A stretch of DNA of 64,000 nt from the human T2T-CHM13v2.0 reference genome, Homo sapiens, in the NCBI RefSeq assembly GCF_009914755.1, contig NC_060943.1; one strand, written 5' to 3'. The notes beneath the pieces were generated by a model. The model was given only the letters and a program-made list of their open reading frames with translations, did no database searches and was not told the origin of the DNA. Shown here piece by piece: positions 42,145 through 56,938 of the stretch (within the stretch, counting starts at the first letter, position 1; each line of letters opens with the position of its first letter). The position numbers and the translations under genes are program-made.

Positions 42145-44100
42145 CTCCATGTGCAAGAAGCTTCCGGCAACCACCTGAACCCAGAGCCCAACCAGCCGGC
42201 CCCCAGTGTGGACCTAGACTTCCTGGAAGATGACATCCTGGGCTCTCCTGCGACAGGGGGCGGCGGCGGGGGCAGTGGGGGCGCTGACCAGCCCTGTGAC
42301 ATCCTCCAGCAGAGCCTCCAAGAGGCCAACATCACGGAGCAGACGCTGGAGGCCGAGGCTGAGCTGGACCTGGGTCCCTTCCAGCTGCCCACCCTGCAGC
42401 CTGCGGATGGCGGGGCAGGCCCGACGGGCGCTGGAGGGGCAGCGGCCGTGGCTGCGGGGCCCCAAGCCCTCTTCCCAGGCAGCACCGACCTGCTGGGGCT
42501 GCAGGGCCCGCCTACCGTGCTGACCCACCAGGCCCTGGTGCCGCCCCAGGACGTGGTCAACAAGGCCCTGAGTGTGCAGCCCTTCCTGCAGCCTGTGGGC
42601 CTGGGCAATGTGACACTGCAGCCCATCCCGGGCCTCCAAGGCCTGCCCAATGGCAGCCCTGGGGGTGCCACGGCGGCCACACTGGGCCTGGCGCCCATCC
42701 AGGTGGTGGGCCAGCCCGTCATGGCGCTCAACACGCCCACCTCCCAGCTCCTGGCCAAGCAGGTGCCCGTCAGCGGCTACCTGGCCTCGGCGGCTGGCCC
42801 CTCGGAGCCCGTGACGCTGGCGTCGGCCGGTGTCTCGCCACAGGGGGCTGGCCTGGTCATCCAGAAGAACCTCTCGGCCGCTGTGGCCACCACGCTCAAT
42901 GGGAACTCTGTGTTCGGAGGCGCGGGGGCCGCCTCGGCTCCCACCGGGACGCCCTCGGGACAGCCGCTGGCGGTGGCCCCAGGCCTCGGCTCGTCGCCAC
43001 TGGTCCCGGCGCCCAACGTGATCCTGCATCGCACACCCACGCCCATCCAGCCCAAGCCCGCGGGGGTGCTGCCGCCCAAGCTCTACCAGCTGACGCCCAA
43101 GCCGTTTGCGCCCGCGGGCGCCACGCTCACCATCCAGGGCGAGCCGGGGGCGCTCCCGCAGCAGCCCAAGGCCCCGCAGAACCTGACGTTCATGGCGGCG
43201 GGGAAGGCGGGCCAGAACGTGGTGCTGTCGGGCTTCCCCGCGCCTGCGCTGCAAGCGAACGTCTTCAAGCAGCCACCGGCCACCACCACCGGAGCGGCCC
43301 CGCCGCAGCCCCCCGGGGCCCTGAGCAAACCCATGAGCGTCCACCTCCTGAACCAAGGCAGCAGCATCGTCATCCCCGCCCAGCACATGCTGCCGGGCCA
43401 GAACCAGTTCCTACTGCCTGGCGCCCCGGCGGTCCAGCTCCCGCAGCAGCTCTCAGCCCTGCCGGCCAACGTGGGCGGGCAGATCCTGGCGGCCGCTGCC
43501 CCCCACACAGGTGGACAGCTCATCGCGAACCCCATCCTCACAAACCAGAACCTGGCGGGCCCACTGAGCCTGGGCCCCGTGTTGGCCCCCCACTCCGGGG
43601 CCCACAGCGCGCACATCCTCTCCGCCGCTCCCATCCAGGTGGGCCAGCCTGCGCTCTTCCAGATGCCCGTGTCGCTGGCGGCGGGCAGCCTGCCCACGCA
43701 GAGCCAGCCAGCGCCCGCCGGGCCGGCCGCCACCACTGTCCTCCAGGGGGTCACCCTGCCCCCCAGCGCCGTGGCCATGCTCAACACCCCCGACGGCCTG
43801 GTGCAGCCGGCCACCCCTGCCGCTGCCACCGGGGAGGCCGCGCCTGTCCTCACGGTGCAGCCTGCCCCCCAGGCGCCCCCCGCGGTCAGCACACCCCTGC
43901 CCCTGGGCCTCCAGCAGCCGCAGGCGCAGCAGCCCCCGCAGGCCCCCACCCCACAGGCCGCCGCCCCGCCTCAGGCCACCACCCCCCAGCCCAGCCCTGG
44001 CCTGGCGTCTAGCCCGGAGAAGATCGTCCTGGGGCAGCCGCCCTCTGCCACCCCCACGGCCATCCTCACTCAGGACTCCCTGCAGATGTTCCTGCCCCAG
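42145..44100 (+). CDS. BICRA: BICRA exon 6 (1956 nt; Pro/Ala/Gly/Gln-rich low-complexity region, residues ~51-702)
   Basis: ctgcAG acceptor, CAG|gtaagc donor; matches ORF 42151..44268 up to ...LQMFLPQ; high GC3 and CpG content. Confidence 0.97.
42240..44060. other. Intragenic CpG-rich region coincident with exon 6
   Basis: Visibly very high GC and CpG density compared with the flanking introns (not computed). Confidence 0.6.
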
Positions 44101-44799
44101 GTAAGCAGGGCGGGGCAAGGGAGCAGGTACCGGAGGAGGCGGGTTTGGGAGGAAGAGGGGTCCTGGGGCGAGGCGCCAAGATCCAAAAGTGGATGCCACT
44201 GTGGCAGCTGGGGGGGGAAGGTCTCAGTCATGGCACAGGTGGCCCCTAAGAGGAGGCCCGAAGGGTGAGGGCCCTGGCTGAACTGGCAGGAAGATGGATT
44301 GGCAGGTTGGCTGACTGATAGACAAGGGGCAGGACAACTGTTAGGCAGTGAGAGGGACTGGCAGACAGACAGACAAAGAGAGGGACCAGTGAACAGACAG
44401 AAGGGTAGGCACTGGCTGGGCTGCTGACAGATGGAGAGGAGAGGGACCGGCAGGGAGAGGGACTACCCGACGGACAGAGAAGGGCAGGCACTGGCTGGCC
44501 TGCTGACAGACAAGGAGAGGAATCTCAGAGAGAAAGTGGACGAGACAGGGACAGAGGGACAGGCAGGTGGGGCAGGAGAGAGGCAGGGCAACGTGGAGCT
44601 GGCAGAGGGGCCAATGGGAGCTCAGAATGGAGCAGGCTGCCTGGGTTTCGGCCTCTGTGCCTGGCACCCTGCCTGCCAGGCTGCCCACTACCCCATTCTC
44701 TGGAACCCTGGGAGCGTCAATAGGGGCAGGGGTCTCGGGTGGGGAGGTCGAGGGCCTGTGGGGGCGGCTTTCTGATCCTGTGCGGGCTGCCCGTTGCAG

Positions 44800-44976
44800 G
44801 AGAGGAGCCAGCAGCCCCTCTCCGCAGAGGGCCCCCACCTCTCCGTGCCTGCCTCGGTCATAGTCAGCGCCCCGCCTCCCGCCCAAGACCCAGCCCCAGC
44901 CACCCCCGTCGCCAAAGGAGCTGGCCTCGGCCCTCAGGCCCCCGACAGCCAGGCTTCCCCGGCTCCGGCCCCCCAG
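44800..44976 (+). CDS. BICRA: BICRA exon 7, ERSQQPLS...SPAPAPQ
   Basis: ttgcAG acceptor, CAG|gtagag donor; 177 nt, phase 0; ORF 44794..45084. Confidence 0.93.
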
Positions 44977-45463
44977 GTAGAGGGACCCCAGCAGCCTGTG
45001 TCCGCAGCACAGACCCAGCCTCGCCCCTCCTGCCCGCTCTCCCGCTCCTCGCTCTCCGCCCTGCCTGCGTCTCTGTTCTGCTGACTTGGAACACAGAGCT
45101 CTCCTTCACCCCCCAAGTGTCTCCTAGTGATCATGGATGCCTGAGACCAGGGCCGGCCCTGGGGGAGCCCACGCGCTGCAGGAATGCAAGACACACACGG
45201 AAGGAAATCTGTTCTTTCCTAAAATTATAATTTTCAAATCTGAATAAGTAATACATTCAGATAATTCACATTTCAAACGGTACAAAAAGATGCATAGTGG
45301 AAAGCCCCCGTCTCCTGAACCGTGGCCTCCTGTTGTCCTCCCAAGGTGGTTTCTTGCATTTGTTATCTGGATAGGGAAACAGAATCAAATAGATTCTTTT
45401 CCTTCAATTTTTACAAAAAGGGTAGCATCTTCTGCCTGCGGTATTGCATCTTTTATTATTTAA

Positions 45464-45823
<360 letters not shown>

Positions 45824-46391
45824 TAGTATTCCACTGTGTGGGTGTGCGGATATTTATTTAGCCAGTCTAAATTGTTGTTAGGTTTTTAGGTCACTTCTGA
45901 TCTCTAGCTATTATGAACAAGGCTGCAAAGAATGCCTTTGTATGTATGTCGTTTTGTAGGGTAAGTTCTTCAAAAGGAATTTGCTGGCTCTAAAGGCATA
46001 TGCATTTTTATCTCTGACAGACATTGCCAAATTGCCGCCTGTGGAGTGTAAATTAGTTTAACCTTTATCAGCAATATGTGGTTGTGCCTTTTTTCCCCCG
46101 CCCCCCGCAACCTCACCAGTATGTTGAACTTGGCCAATCTAGATAGGTGAAAAATAGTATCTTGTTTTGTTTTCATTTGCATTTCTTTTATTGTGAATGA
46201 GGTCGGGCAGATTTTCATAAAAGTAAGAGCCATTTGTACTTTCTGTTCTATGAAACTGCTCATACCCTTTGCCATTGTAAAATCTGGGTTGCTGTCATTT
46301 TGCTGTAGATTTGTAGAAACTCTTTACATATTAGGAAAATTAGCCTTTTGTCTTAAAGTAATAACCATTATGCTTACGAGTCATAACATAA

Positions 46392-46613
<222 letters not shown>

Positions 46614-47022
46614 TAGCCAGGATGGTCTCGATCTCCTGACCTCGTTATCCACCCGCCTCAGCCTCCCAAAGTGCTGGGATTATAGGCGTGAGCCACCGCA
46701 CCTGGCCTACCTTCTTATTCTAGAGCAGTGAATGTGGTACTCATTCAAAAAAGACCAGTGGATAGGTAGGAAGAGGAGAGTGTGACAGTGACAAGGGCAG
46801 GATGGCAGAAGTCAGCACAGGCTTTGACCTCGAACGGCCATGGTTTCACTTGCACGCTCTCCCACTTACCATTTAACCTTCAGCAACCAGTTTTTCATTC
46901 CATCAGCAGGTGCCTAGGCAGGCTGAGGGAGCACTTAGGTGGAGTAAACGAGTTACTATATGCTTAGCACAAAGTAAGCACTTGATAAATGTTTGCTTTT
47001 ATTATTATTACTATTATCTTGA

Positions 47023-47133
<111 letters not shown>

Positions 47134-48562
47134 TAGCTGGGATTACAGGTGCCTGCCACCATGTTTGGCTAATTTTCATATTTTTAGTAGAGATAGTGTA
47201 TCACCATGTTGGCCAAGCTGGTCTCAAACGCCTGACCTCAGGTGAACCACCTGCCTCGGCCTCCCAAATTGCTGGGATTTACAGGCGCCCGCCACCATGC
47301 CTGGCTAATTTCTATATTTTTAGTAGAGAGATGGGGTTTCGCCATGTTGGCCAGGCTGGTCTCAAACTCCTGACCTCAGGTGATCCACCCACCTCAGCCT
47401 CCCAGAGTGCTGGGATGACAGGTGTGAGACACCGCGCCCGGCCTAGCACTCTCTCATTTAAACCTCACCACCTCCACCAGGTAGGTGGTAGCATCTCATT
47501 TTGCAGGTGAGGAAACAGAGGCACAGGGAGAATAATTAGCTTGCCCAAGGTTGCACAGCTGGCAAATGGTAGGGCCTGGATTAAAAACCCTGGGGGCTTA
47601 TTGCTGGAAACACCTGAAGTCTTGAGAAAGCCAGACCTGGGTGTGAATCCAGCTCTGCTTAGTGGAGCTCTCTGAGGCATGGATTTTGCATCTAAAATGG
47701 GAATAAGCCCAGTGACCTGACATGATGGCACTGCACAGAGCCAGCGCTCAGTGAACAGACACTTACTGTTAGCAGTTGCAGTAATGATGCTGTAGCTGAA
47801 CTTATTTTTTTGGAAACAGGGTCTGGTTCTGTCACCCAGGCTGGAGTACACTGGTGCAATATTGACTCCTACAACCTCCGCCTCCCATGCTTAAGTGATC
47901 CTCCCACCTCAGCCTCCGAAGTAGCTGGGACTACAGGCATGTGCCACCACGCACAGCTAATTTTTTTTTTTTTTGTATTTTGTTTTGTGGGGGAGATATG
48001 GGGTCTCACTATGCAGCCCAGGCTGGTCTCGAACTCCTAGGCTTAGTAATCCTCCCACCTTGGCTTCTCACAGGGCTGGGATTATGGACGTGAGCCACTG
48101 TGCCTGGCCACGCGGATGACCTTTGAGAAGGAAGCTTAGTGCGCACAGGCAGGTGTGCACACGAGCTGATTCTTAGTCACACACAGAGGCTCGGAGGCAC
48201 AAGGTAGGGCCCTCCGCAGTAGCTGTATCTGCAGCAGTGGGGACCCAGCATGACAGAAGGTGGTCAGTGAATGTTTGTTGGGTGAGCAAATGGATGGACA
48301 GATGGATGGCTGAATAGACGGACGGATGGATGGCATGGGTGGGTGTGTGACTGGGTGATTGGCCAAGTGTCCCCTGGTGGGGACAGAATCATCCAGACTG
48401 GGAACCGCTATCCTGTGGATATGCAGGAATGCACGGAATAGCAGTTCCCAATCTGGGTGATTCTTACTGTTTGTAAGAATAGTGGTTCCCTTACTGTCCG
48501 AACTCCAACCCCTGCACTCGGAAGGAACTCTGTGCTCTCTGTACCCAGATGGATTTGGCAGC

Positions 48563-48565
<3 letters not shown>

Positions 48566-48619
<54 letters not shown>

Positions 48620-48634
48620 CGCGCATGCGTACAT
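48566..48634. repeat. (TG)n(CG)n compound microsatellite
   Basis: About (TG)22 followed by (GC)7 and atgcgtacat; uninterrupted purine-pyrimidine alternation. Confidence 0.9.
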
Positions 48635-48764
48635 TTTCCCTTTGTGTTAACACAAACAGAAATGCAAAGACTGTGTTCTGCATCTGGCTTTGCTTATTTA
48701 GCAACGCATCTTGGAGCACTGGCTTTCAGACCTTTTTTTTTCCTTGACCCACCACCCGGGATAA

Positions 48765-49547
<783 letters not shown>

Positions 49548-49939
49548 TGACTTGAGCCATTACCAATGGTTACTATGTGTAGGGGTGTGTTTTTATTTTT
49601 GGGGGTTTTTTTGCAAGCTACCATCTGGGAAGATTGCTGTGATGTGGGAGTTAGGAAATAGGACTTGGCCACTTACAGGCCCTGTGACCTTCAGCAGGCT
49701 GCTTGCCTCTCTGTTGTACCACGGTGTCCTTGCGTGCAGAATCAGAATGATAGGAACAGCGGCTACTTTGTAGAGCTGTGAGGGTTAAATAAACTAATAT
49801 CTGTAAATTAATAGATGTATATTAACATTAAAATGTTTTAGAACAGAGTTGGGCATGTTGAAAGAGCTATGAAGGGAAAGAAGCCAGGCAAACTTTCTTT
49901 TTGCTTATTTGATTTTTATTCATTTATTTGTTTATTTTT

Positions 49940-50205
49940 CTGGGCAACTTTCTATAAAGAGGCAATAGTAAACGTTTCAGGCTTTTGCGGGCCATATGGT
50001 CTCTGTTATTATAGCACAAAAGCAGCCACAGACCATATGTAAATGAATGAACACGGGAGTGTTCCAATAAAACTTTATTTAAGGACACTGAAATTGGAAT
50101 TTCATGTAATTTTTGCAAGTCACGAAATAGTATTCTTATGATTTTTTTTCTTCAACTGTTTAAAAATGTAAAAATTATTCTTGGCTTGTGGGCTATAGTT
50201 TGCCT
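49940..50205. mobile_element. MER58-like hAT-Charlie element
   Basis: ggcttttgcgggccatatggtctctgt...aaagcagccacagac...gtgttccaataaaactttattta motif. Confidence 0.65.
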
Positions 50206-52844
50206 CTTTCTTTTGATGTCTTTATTGTGTTTTGTGATATGGACATACCATTATTTCTTTATTCAGTCCCCTCTTGAGGAATACTTCAGGTGGTTTATTT
50301 GTCATTGTTAACAAACAAAACTCCTATAAGATATTCTTGACTGAGCGTGTTGGCTCACACCTGTAGTCTCAGCACTTTGGGAGGCCGAGGCGGGCAATCA
50401 CCTGAGGTCAGGAGTGTGAGACCAGCCTGGCCAACATGGGGAAACCCCATCTCTACTAAAAATACAAAAATGAGCCAGGCGTGATGGTGGGCACCTGTAA
50501 TCCCAGCTATGCTACTTGGGAGGCTGAGGCAGGGGAATCCCTTGAACCTGGGAGGCGGAGATTGTAGTGAGCCTAGAGAGGGTTGCAGTGAGCTGAGATC
50601 GTGCCACTACACTCTAGCCTAGGCAGCAGAGTGAGACTCTGCCTCAAAAAAAAAAAAAAAAACTTGCACCCATGCTTTGCACACAGGTATGAAAGTACTT
50701 GTAGGGTAAATTTCTAGAAATAGAATTGCCAGACGTAGATGATAAGCTTTCCAGCCATTTTGTGGAAAGTGCTAAACCTTTTTGAAAAGGTTCATGCCAG
50801 TGATGGCTTCACTTGGTCCTGCAGCTTTACTGACACACGAGATTAGCAGCTGGCCTGTTCTTTGCCAGGCTGGAAAGTGACACACCCCCTGTGCTTTTCT
50901 CTAATTGTGTGTGAAGTTGAGCATCTTGCCGCCTCCACGTGGGGCTCTCGAAATCTCTTGGAAGCTGGGCGTGGTGGCTCATGCCTGTAGTCCCAGCTAC
51001 TCAGGAGGGAGGCTGAGGCAGGAGGATCACCTGAGCCCAGGAGTTTGAGGTCAGCCTGAACAACATAGCGAGATCTCATTTCTGAAGAAAGAAAGAAATG
51101 GAAGGAAGAGAAGGAGGGAATCTCTTGGTGAACAATCCACTCATATGTTAGTTTTTTTGCTTTGGGAAGCTAAGATGGGGGATCACTTGAGGCTAGCAGT
51201 TGAAGACCAAATAATAATAATAATTTTGTGCTCATTTAGAGAATGTAGAAAATACAGAAAAGAACAAAGAAGAAAAATAAGTCACATGTAATACCACTGT
51301 GTGCAAGCAGTTGGTAAAAAAAAATTTTTTCTGGCCAGGCACAGTGGCTCATGCCTGTAATCCCAACATTTTGGGAAGCCGAGTTGGGTGGATCACGAGG
51401 TCAAGATATCGAGACCATCCTGGCCAACATGGTGAAACCCCGTCTCTACTAAAAATACAAAAATTAGCTGGGCATGGTGGTGTGTGCCTGTAATCCCAGC
51501 TACTCAGGAGGCTGAGGCAGGAGAATTGCTTGAACCCGGGAGGCGGAGGTTGCAGCAAGCGAGCTGAGATTGAGCCACTGCATTCCAGCCTGGGTGACAG
51601 AGCGAGACTCCGTCTCAAAAAAAAAAAATTTTTTTTTCTTTGTTTTGTTTTATTTTTTGTTTTTGAGACAGAGTCTCTCTCTCTCTCTCGCCCGGGCTGG
51701 AGTGCAGTGGCGCGATCTCGGCTCACGGCAACCTCTGTCTCTGGGATTGGAGCAATTCTTCTGCCTCAGCCTCCCAAGTAACTTGGATTTACAGGCACAT
51801 GCCAGCAAGCCCGGCTAATTTTTGTATTTTTAGAGAGACGAGGTTTCACCATGTTGGCCAGGCTGGTCTTGGACTCCTGACCTCAAGTGATCCACCCGCC
51901 TTGGCATCCCAAAGTGCTGGGATTACAGGTGTGAGCCACTATGCCAGGCCTAGCTTTGTTTTTTCTAAGACAAATATTGTAGAAGAAGTAATATTTTGGT
52001 ATGAAGTTTCTGTTTAACCCCCCGACCCCAATTTTATTTAAAACATTTTTTAAATAAGTCATTTTATTCACATAGTATGATCATCAGAAAGTTTTTTTTT
52101 CTTTTTTTCCAGAGACAGGGTCTTGCTCTGTTGCCCAGGCTGGTCTTGAACTCCTGGGCTCAAGCAGTCCTCCTGCCTTGGCCTCCGAGAGTGCTGGGAT
52201 TACAGGCATGAGCCACTGAGCCTGGCCTAATTTATTTTTATTTATTTTTTCTGAGACTGAGTCTCTCTCTGTCGCCCAGGCTGGAGTGCAGTGGCAAGAT
52301 CTTGGCTCACTGCAAGCTACGCCTGCTGGGTTCAAGCAGTTCTCCCTGCCTCAGCCTCCGGAGTAGCTGGGATTACAGGTGCACACCATCCCGCCCTGCT
52401 AATTTCTGTATTTTTAGTAGAGACAGGGTTTCGCCATGTTGGCCAGGCTGGTCTTGAACTCCTGACCTCAGGTGATCCGCCTGCCTGGCCTCCCAAAGTA
52501 CTGGGATTATTATAGGCGTGAGCCACCACGCCTGGCCACCTGGCCTAATTTTTGTATCCCTTTCCAGTTCTTCGTGTATATACAACCTAGTGCAAATATG
52601 GTTTACGTTTCTCTCCCATTTGTACCCAAAGGGGAGCTCATTATGTACTTACTGTGGCAGCAACAGTGAGTTTGCTTGTTTTCTGTTAGAGTCTTGAAGT
52701 ATTCCTTTGTACAGAAGAGCCACAGTTCATTTCCCCAGGAAATGCCATATTGATGCACTTTAGACCATATCCAGATTTTGGCGTTCTACACGAAGCTGCA
52801 GGAAACAACTTGTTCACCTGTTTTGTTTTTGTTTTTGTTTTTGA

Positions 52845-53192
<348 letters not shown>

Positions 53193-55050
53193 TAAAGCAA
53201 ATGTGCATTTATAACTTGGATAGCTACTGCTGAATTGCGTTCCTCTTGAGTTGTAGCAAATTGTGCCAGTTGAGACCCCTAAGGGCAGTATATACAAGCA
53301 TCTTTACTAGACATAGGCTTTATTCCTAATGCGACGGGTGGTAAATGGTACCCTAGGGTGAAAAATAGTGCCCTGGGGTGCGTTTTGCTGTGCATTTCTC
53401 TTATTACAAGTGAGGTTGAGTAGCTCTGAAAATACTTAAGCCTTTTGTCTTTCCTTTTCTGTGCACTGTCTGATCATATCCTTTGCCCCTTTTTCACCAG
53501 TTGTAATTCTTAGTGATTTCTAGAGTCTCTCTATATATGAGAGAGATGAACTTTGTATTTGGAGTTGCAACTGTTTTCCCCAGTAAGTCATTTGGCATGT
53601 GACTTAATTTGTGGATTGTGTGTGTGTGTGTGTGTGTGCGCACTTTTGATGAGAATGAAATTAAATTTTTTTAATTTTTTGGTATCTTTAAGCTTTTTAT
53701 GTTTAAATGACTTCAAACACATAAAAAGTTTCAGAATTAGTACAGAGAGCTCATAGGAGTTCTTTACTCCTCAACTAGATGTATTAGTTATCTATTGCTA
53801 TGCAGGAAATTACCCTCAAAACTTAGCAGCTTCAAACAGCAAGTATTCACGTGTCTCACACTGTTTCTAAACATTAGGAATCTGAAAGCAGCTTAGCTAG
53901 GAGGTTCTAGCTCTGGATCTCCCATGAAGTTGTGGTCATCTGAAGGTCCCACTGATCTGGAGAACCTGCTCCCACGCTCACTTGTGTGGCTATTAGCAGG
54001 AGGCCTCAATTGCTTCCTCAGTGGGCCTCTCCAAAGGGCAGCACATGACACACAGCGGTTGGCTTCCCGCAAAGTGAGTGACCCAATAGAAACAGACAGA
54101 ATGCTCAGGATGGGAGCCGCAGGCTTTTTATAACTAATCTTGGAAGTGTCATATAATCACTTCTGCCAAATTCTATTGGCCACAAAGACCAGCATATGGG
54201 AGGGGACTGAACACAAGGAGGTGAGGATTGTTGGTGGCTGCCTCCCACGTCTACCCATTGTCAGCCTTTTGCTACATCTGCCTTGACCTTAGCATTCTCA
54301 TTCTGTGTACACTTTTTTCTGAATCAGTTGAGAGTAAGTTGCAACCATTATACCCGTTTGCCCCTTAATATTTTATTTTATTTATTTATGTATTTATTTA
54401 TTTTTGAGTCTGAGTCTCACTCTGTCGCCTAGTCTGGAGTGCAGTGGTACAATCTTGGCTCACTGTAGCCTCTGCCTCCCAGGTTCAAGCAATTCTCTTG
54501 CCTCAGCCTCCTGAGTGGCCGGGATTACAGGCACACATCGCACCCTGCTAATTTTTGTGTTTTTAGTACAGATGGGGTTTCACCATGTTGACTAGGCTGG
54601 TCTCAAACTCCTGGGCTCAAGTGATCCACCTGCCTTGGCCTCCCAAAGTGCTGGGATTGCAAGCGTGAGCCACCGCGGCCAGCCTACCCCTTAATATTTT
54701 AGTATAATATTTCAGCCTTGGAGAACAAGGACATTCTCTTACTTAACCATCATACTGCAAAGAAATAAAGCAGACAGCATTGACATGATACTGTTGTCAT
54801 ATCCTCTGTCCATAATCCAACTTTACCAGGTGCCCAGGGATCCTGTAATGTTGTATTATTCTCCTATTTCATGTAGCATTGGAGTGCCGCTGCATGTGGG
54901 CCACCTCCCTGAGCCCTTGGAACCTACTGAGTGGGCCAGTTCTCTTTTCTCCGACTCAGCGACGCACCTGCCATTGGCCATTTGAGTCATTTCTCCTTTT
55001 CCTCTATTGTAAATGCTCCCAAAGTGGGCAACCCCATAGCAAGTACTTGA

Positions 55051-55257
<207 letters not shown>

Positions 55258-56938
55258 TGATCAGGCTGGTCTCGAACTCCTGACCTCTGGTTATCTGCCC
55301 GCCTCAGCCTCCCAAAGTGCTGGGATTACAGGCGTGAGCCACCGTGCCCGGCCGAATATTCTTCATCACAGATTCCTGGAGGGGAATTTCCAGGTCAAAG
55401 TTGTGACCCTTTCAAAGTCCCCAGACCAAGCTGCCTTCCAGGAGGCAGTCCCACCAGCCGTACACAGCGCCAAGGACTGCGCCTCTCATCTCTTCTTAGA
55501 GGTGGCAAACCTTTTGAAGACTGATTGATTGATTGGTTTGGTTTGGTTCTTTAACTGTCAGAAGTTACTCAGGGCCCAGCTTGGAAGGGATGCTGGAAGG
55601 GCCCTGGGACTTAGAGGCCAAAGCTGGTGGTGAATCTGATGTCATGCCGAGATGCCCGGTTCTGGAGTGTGGTGGTGCTGGCTGTCCTCGGGCAGATATC
55701 CTGAGCCCTCTGAGCCTGAACTCAGTCAGCTTTGAGAAATGGCTCAGAAGTCACTGAGCAGTGTAAAGGCCTCAGTTCCGCCTTCACCAGCCTGGAGAGT
55801 CTGGACCAGTTTTGGAGCCTTGGCCTCAGTTTCTTATCTGTGAAATGGGTCCAGTGTTACCACTGCCCTCAGGGCTAGGGAGAGATCACACAAATGGATG
55901 CGGGAGGCCGGCCATTCGTGTTAGATCAGCATGAGCTGTTACTAGGATGCAGATTCTGTGACAGCAAGTATCACGGTGCCAGCCCAGTGTTGGGTGCACA
56001 GCTGGTGCCCACTGGTTACACAGTGGCTGCTCTGGTTATGATTCTTTGGGAGGAGGGTCCAGAACGGCAAGGTGCTCCGTCTGAGACATGCTTTAGGCGA
56101 GGTGGCTGTGTGCGTGTGACAGAACTAGCACCAGATCGCGTGTGCTTGCAGACACAGGCTTCATCAGAGTCTGGTACGTCGTGCACACGCATGCACGCTT
56201 GTACCTGCAAGCTCACGTGGCGCCCAGGTAGGCCTGCAGCCATGGACACACAGGCACACAGAGGCAGGTGCCCAGGACACTTAGAAGGGGGTCCAGGCCT
56301 TCCCATGCCCGCATCCAGAGGTCCACACGTGGCTGTGAACCCAGGCCTGTCCCTGTGTGGCCATCCGTATTCTCGGCAGCCCCCGTGCCGTGGCCATCAA
56401 CCCCGAGCCATGGTACACAGCATCATGCTGGTGTCTCTTTGCCTTGACTTGGCTGGATGGGCTGGTGGGGGCTGGCGGCTGGGACGCTGCCCTGCCTGCC
56501 CTCCTTCCCCGCTGCTGTGCTCGCCGCCCGGCCCTCCTGCCTCCTGCTGGGCAGCGGGTGTGGTGCCCCTGCTGCCACCGCCACCACTGCCTCTGCTTCC
56601 TCTGCTGCTGCCACCCCAACCCTGCAGGGCTCGCCTTTGTCTGGGGAACTGCGAGGGGTGGGGGGAATGGGGCAGAAGTGGGGTTGAGATCGGAGGCCAG
56701 AGAAATGTGGAGGAGCTGCGGTGGGGGACAGAGGTCGAGGGCAGGTGGAGGGGGTGCTGTGGGGAATGAGAGGCGAGGGAGGGAAGGGCAGCCGTGGTGG
56801 GCTCCTCTCTCAGGATGGGTGTGGGCTAGGAAGGGGGCTTCTGGCGGGGATGGCTGGGGACCCCAGTGTCTTGGGGCAACAGGAGCTATGGTTGGTTCTG
56901 ACCCCCGCCCCTCCCCTCTCCCTCCCTCCCCTGCCCAG

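Noticed and set aside
42214-44199. Long antisense ORFs (390, 288 and 248 aa) opposite exon 6
   Set aside because: Expected shadows of a very GC-rich coding exon; no independent evidence of a gene.
44101-44268. Extension of the 705-aa ORF past exon 6
   Set aside because: A strong donor CAG|gtaagc lies at 44101 and exon 7 continues the protein; the tail is intronic read-through ending in a stop.
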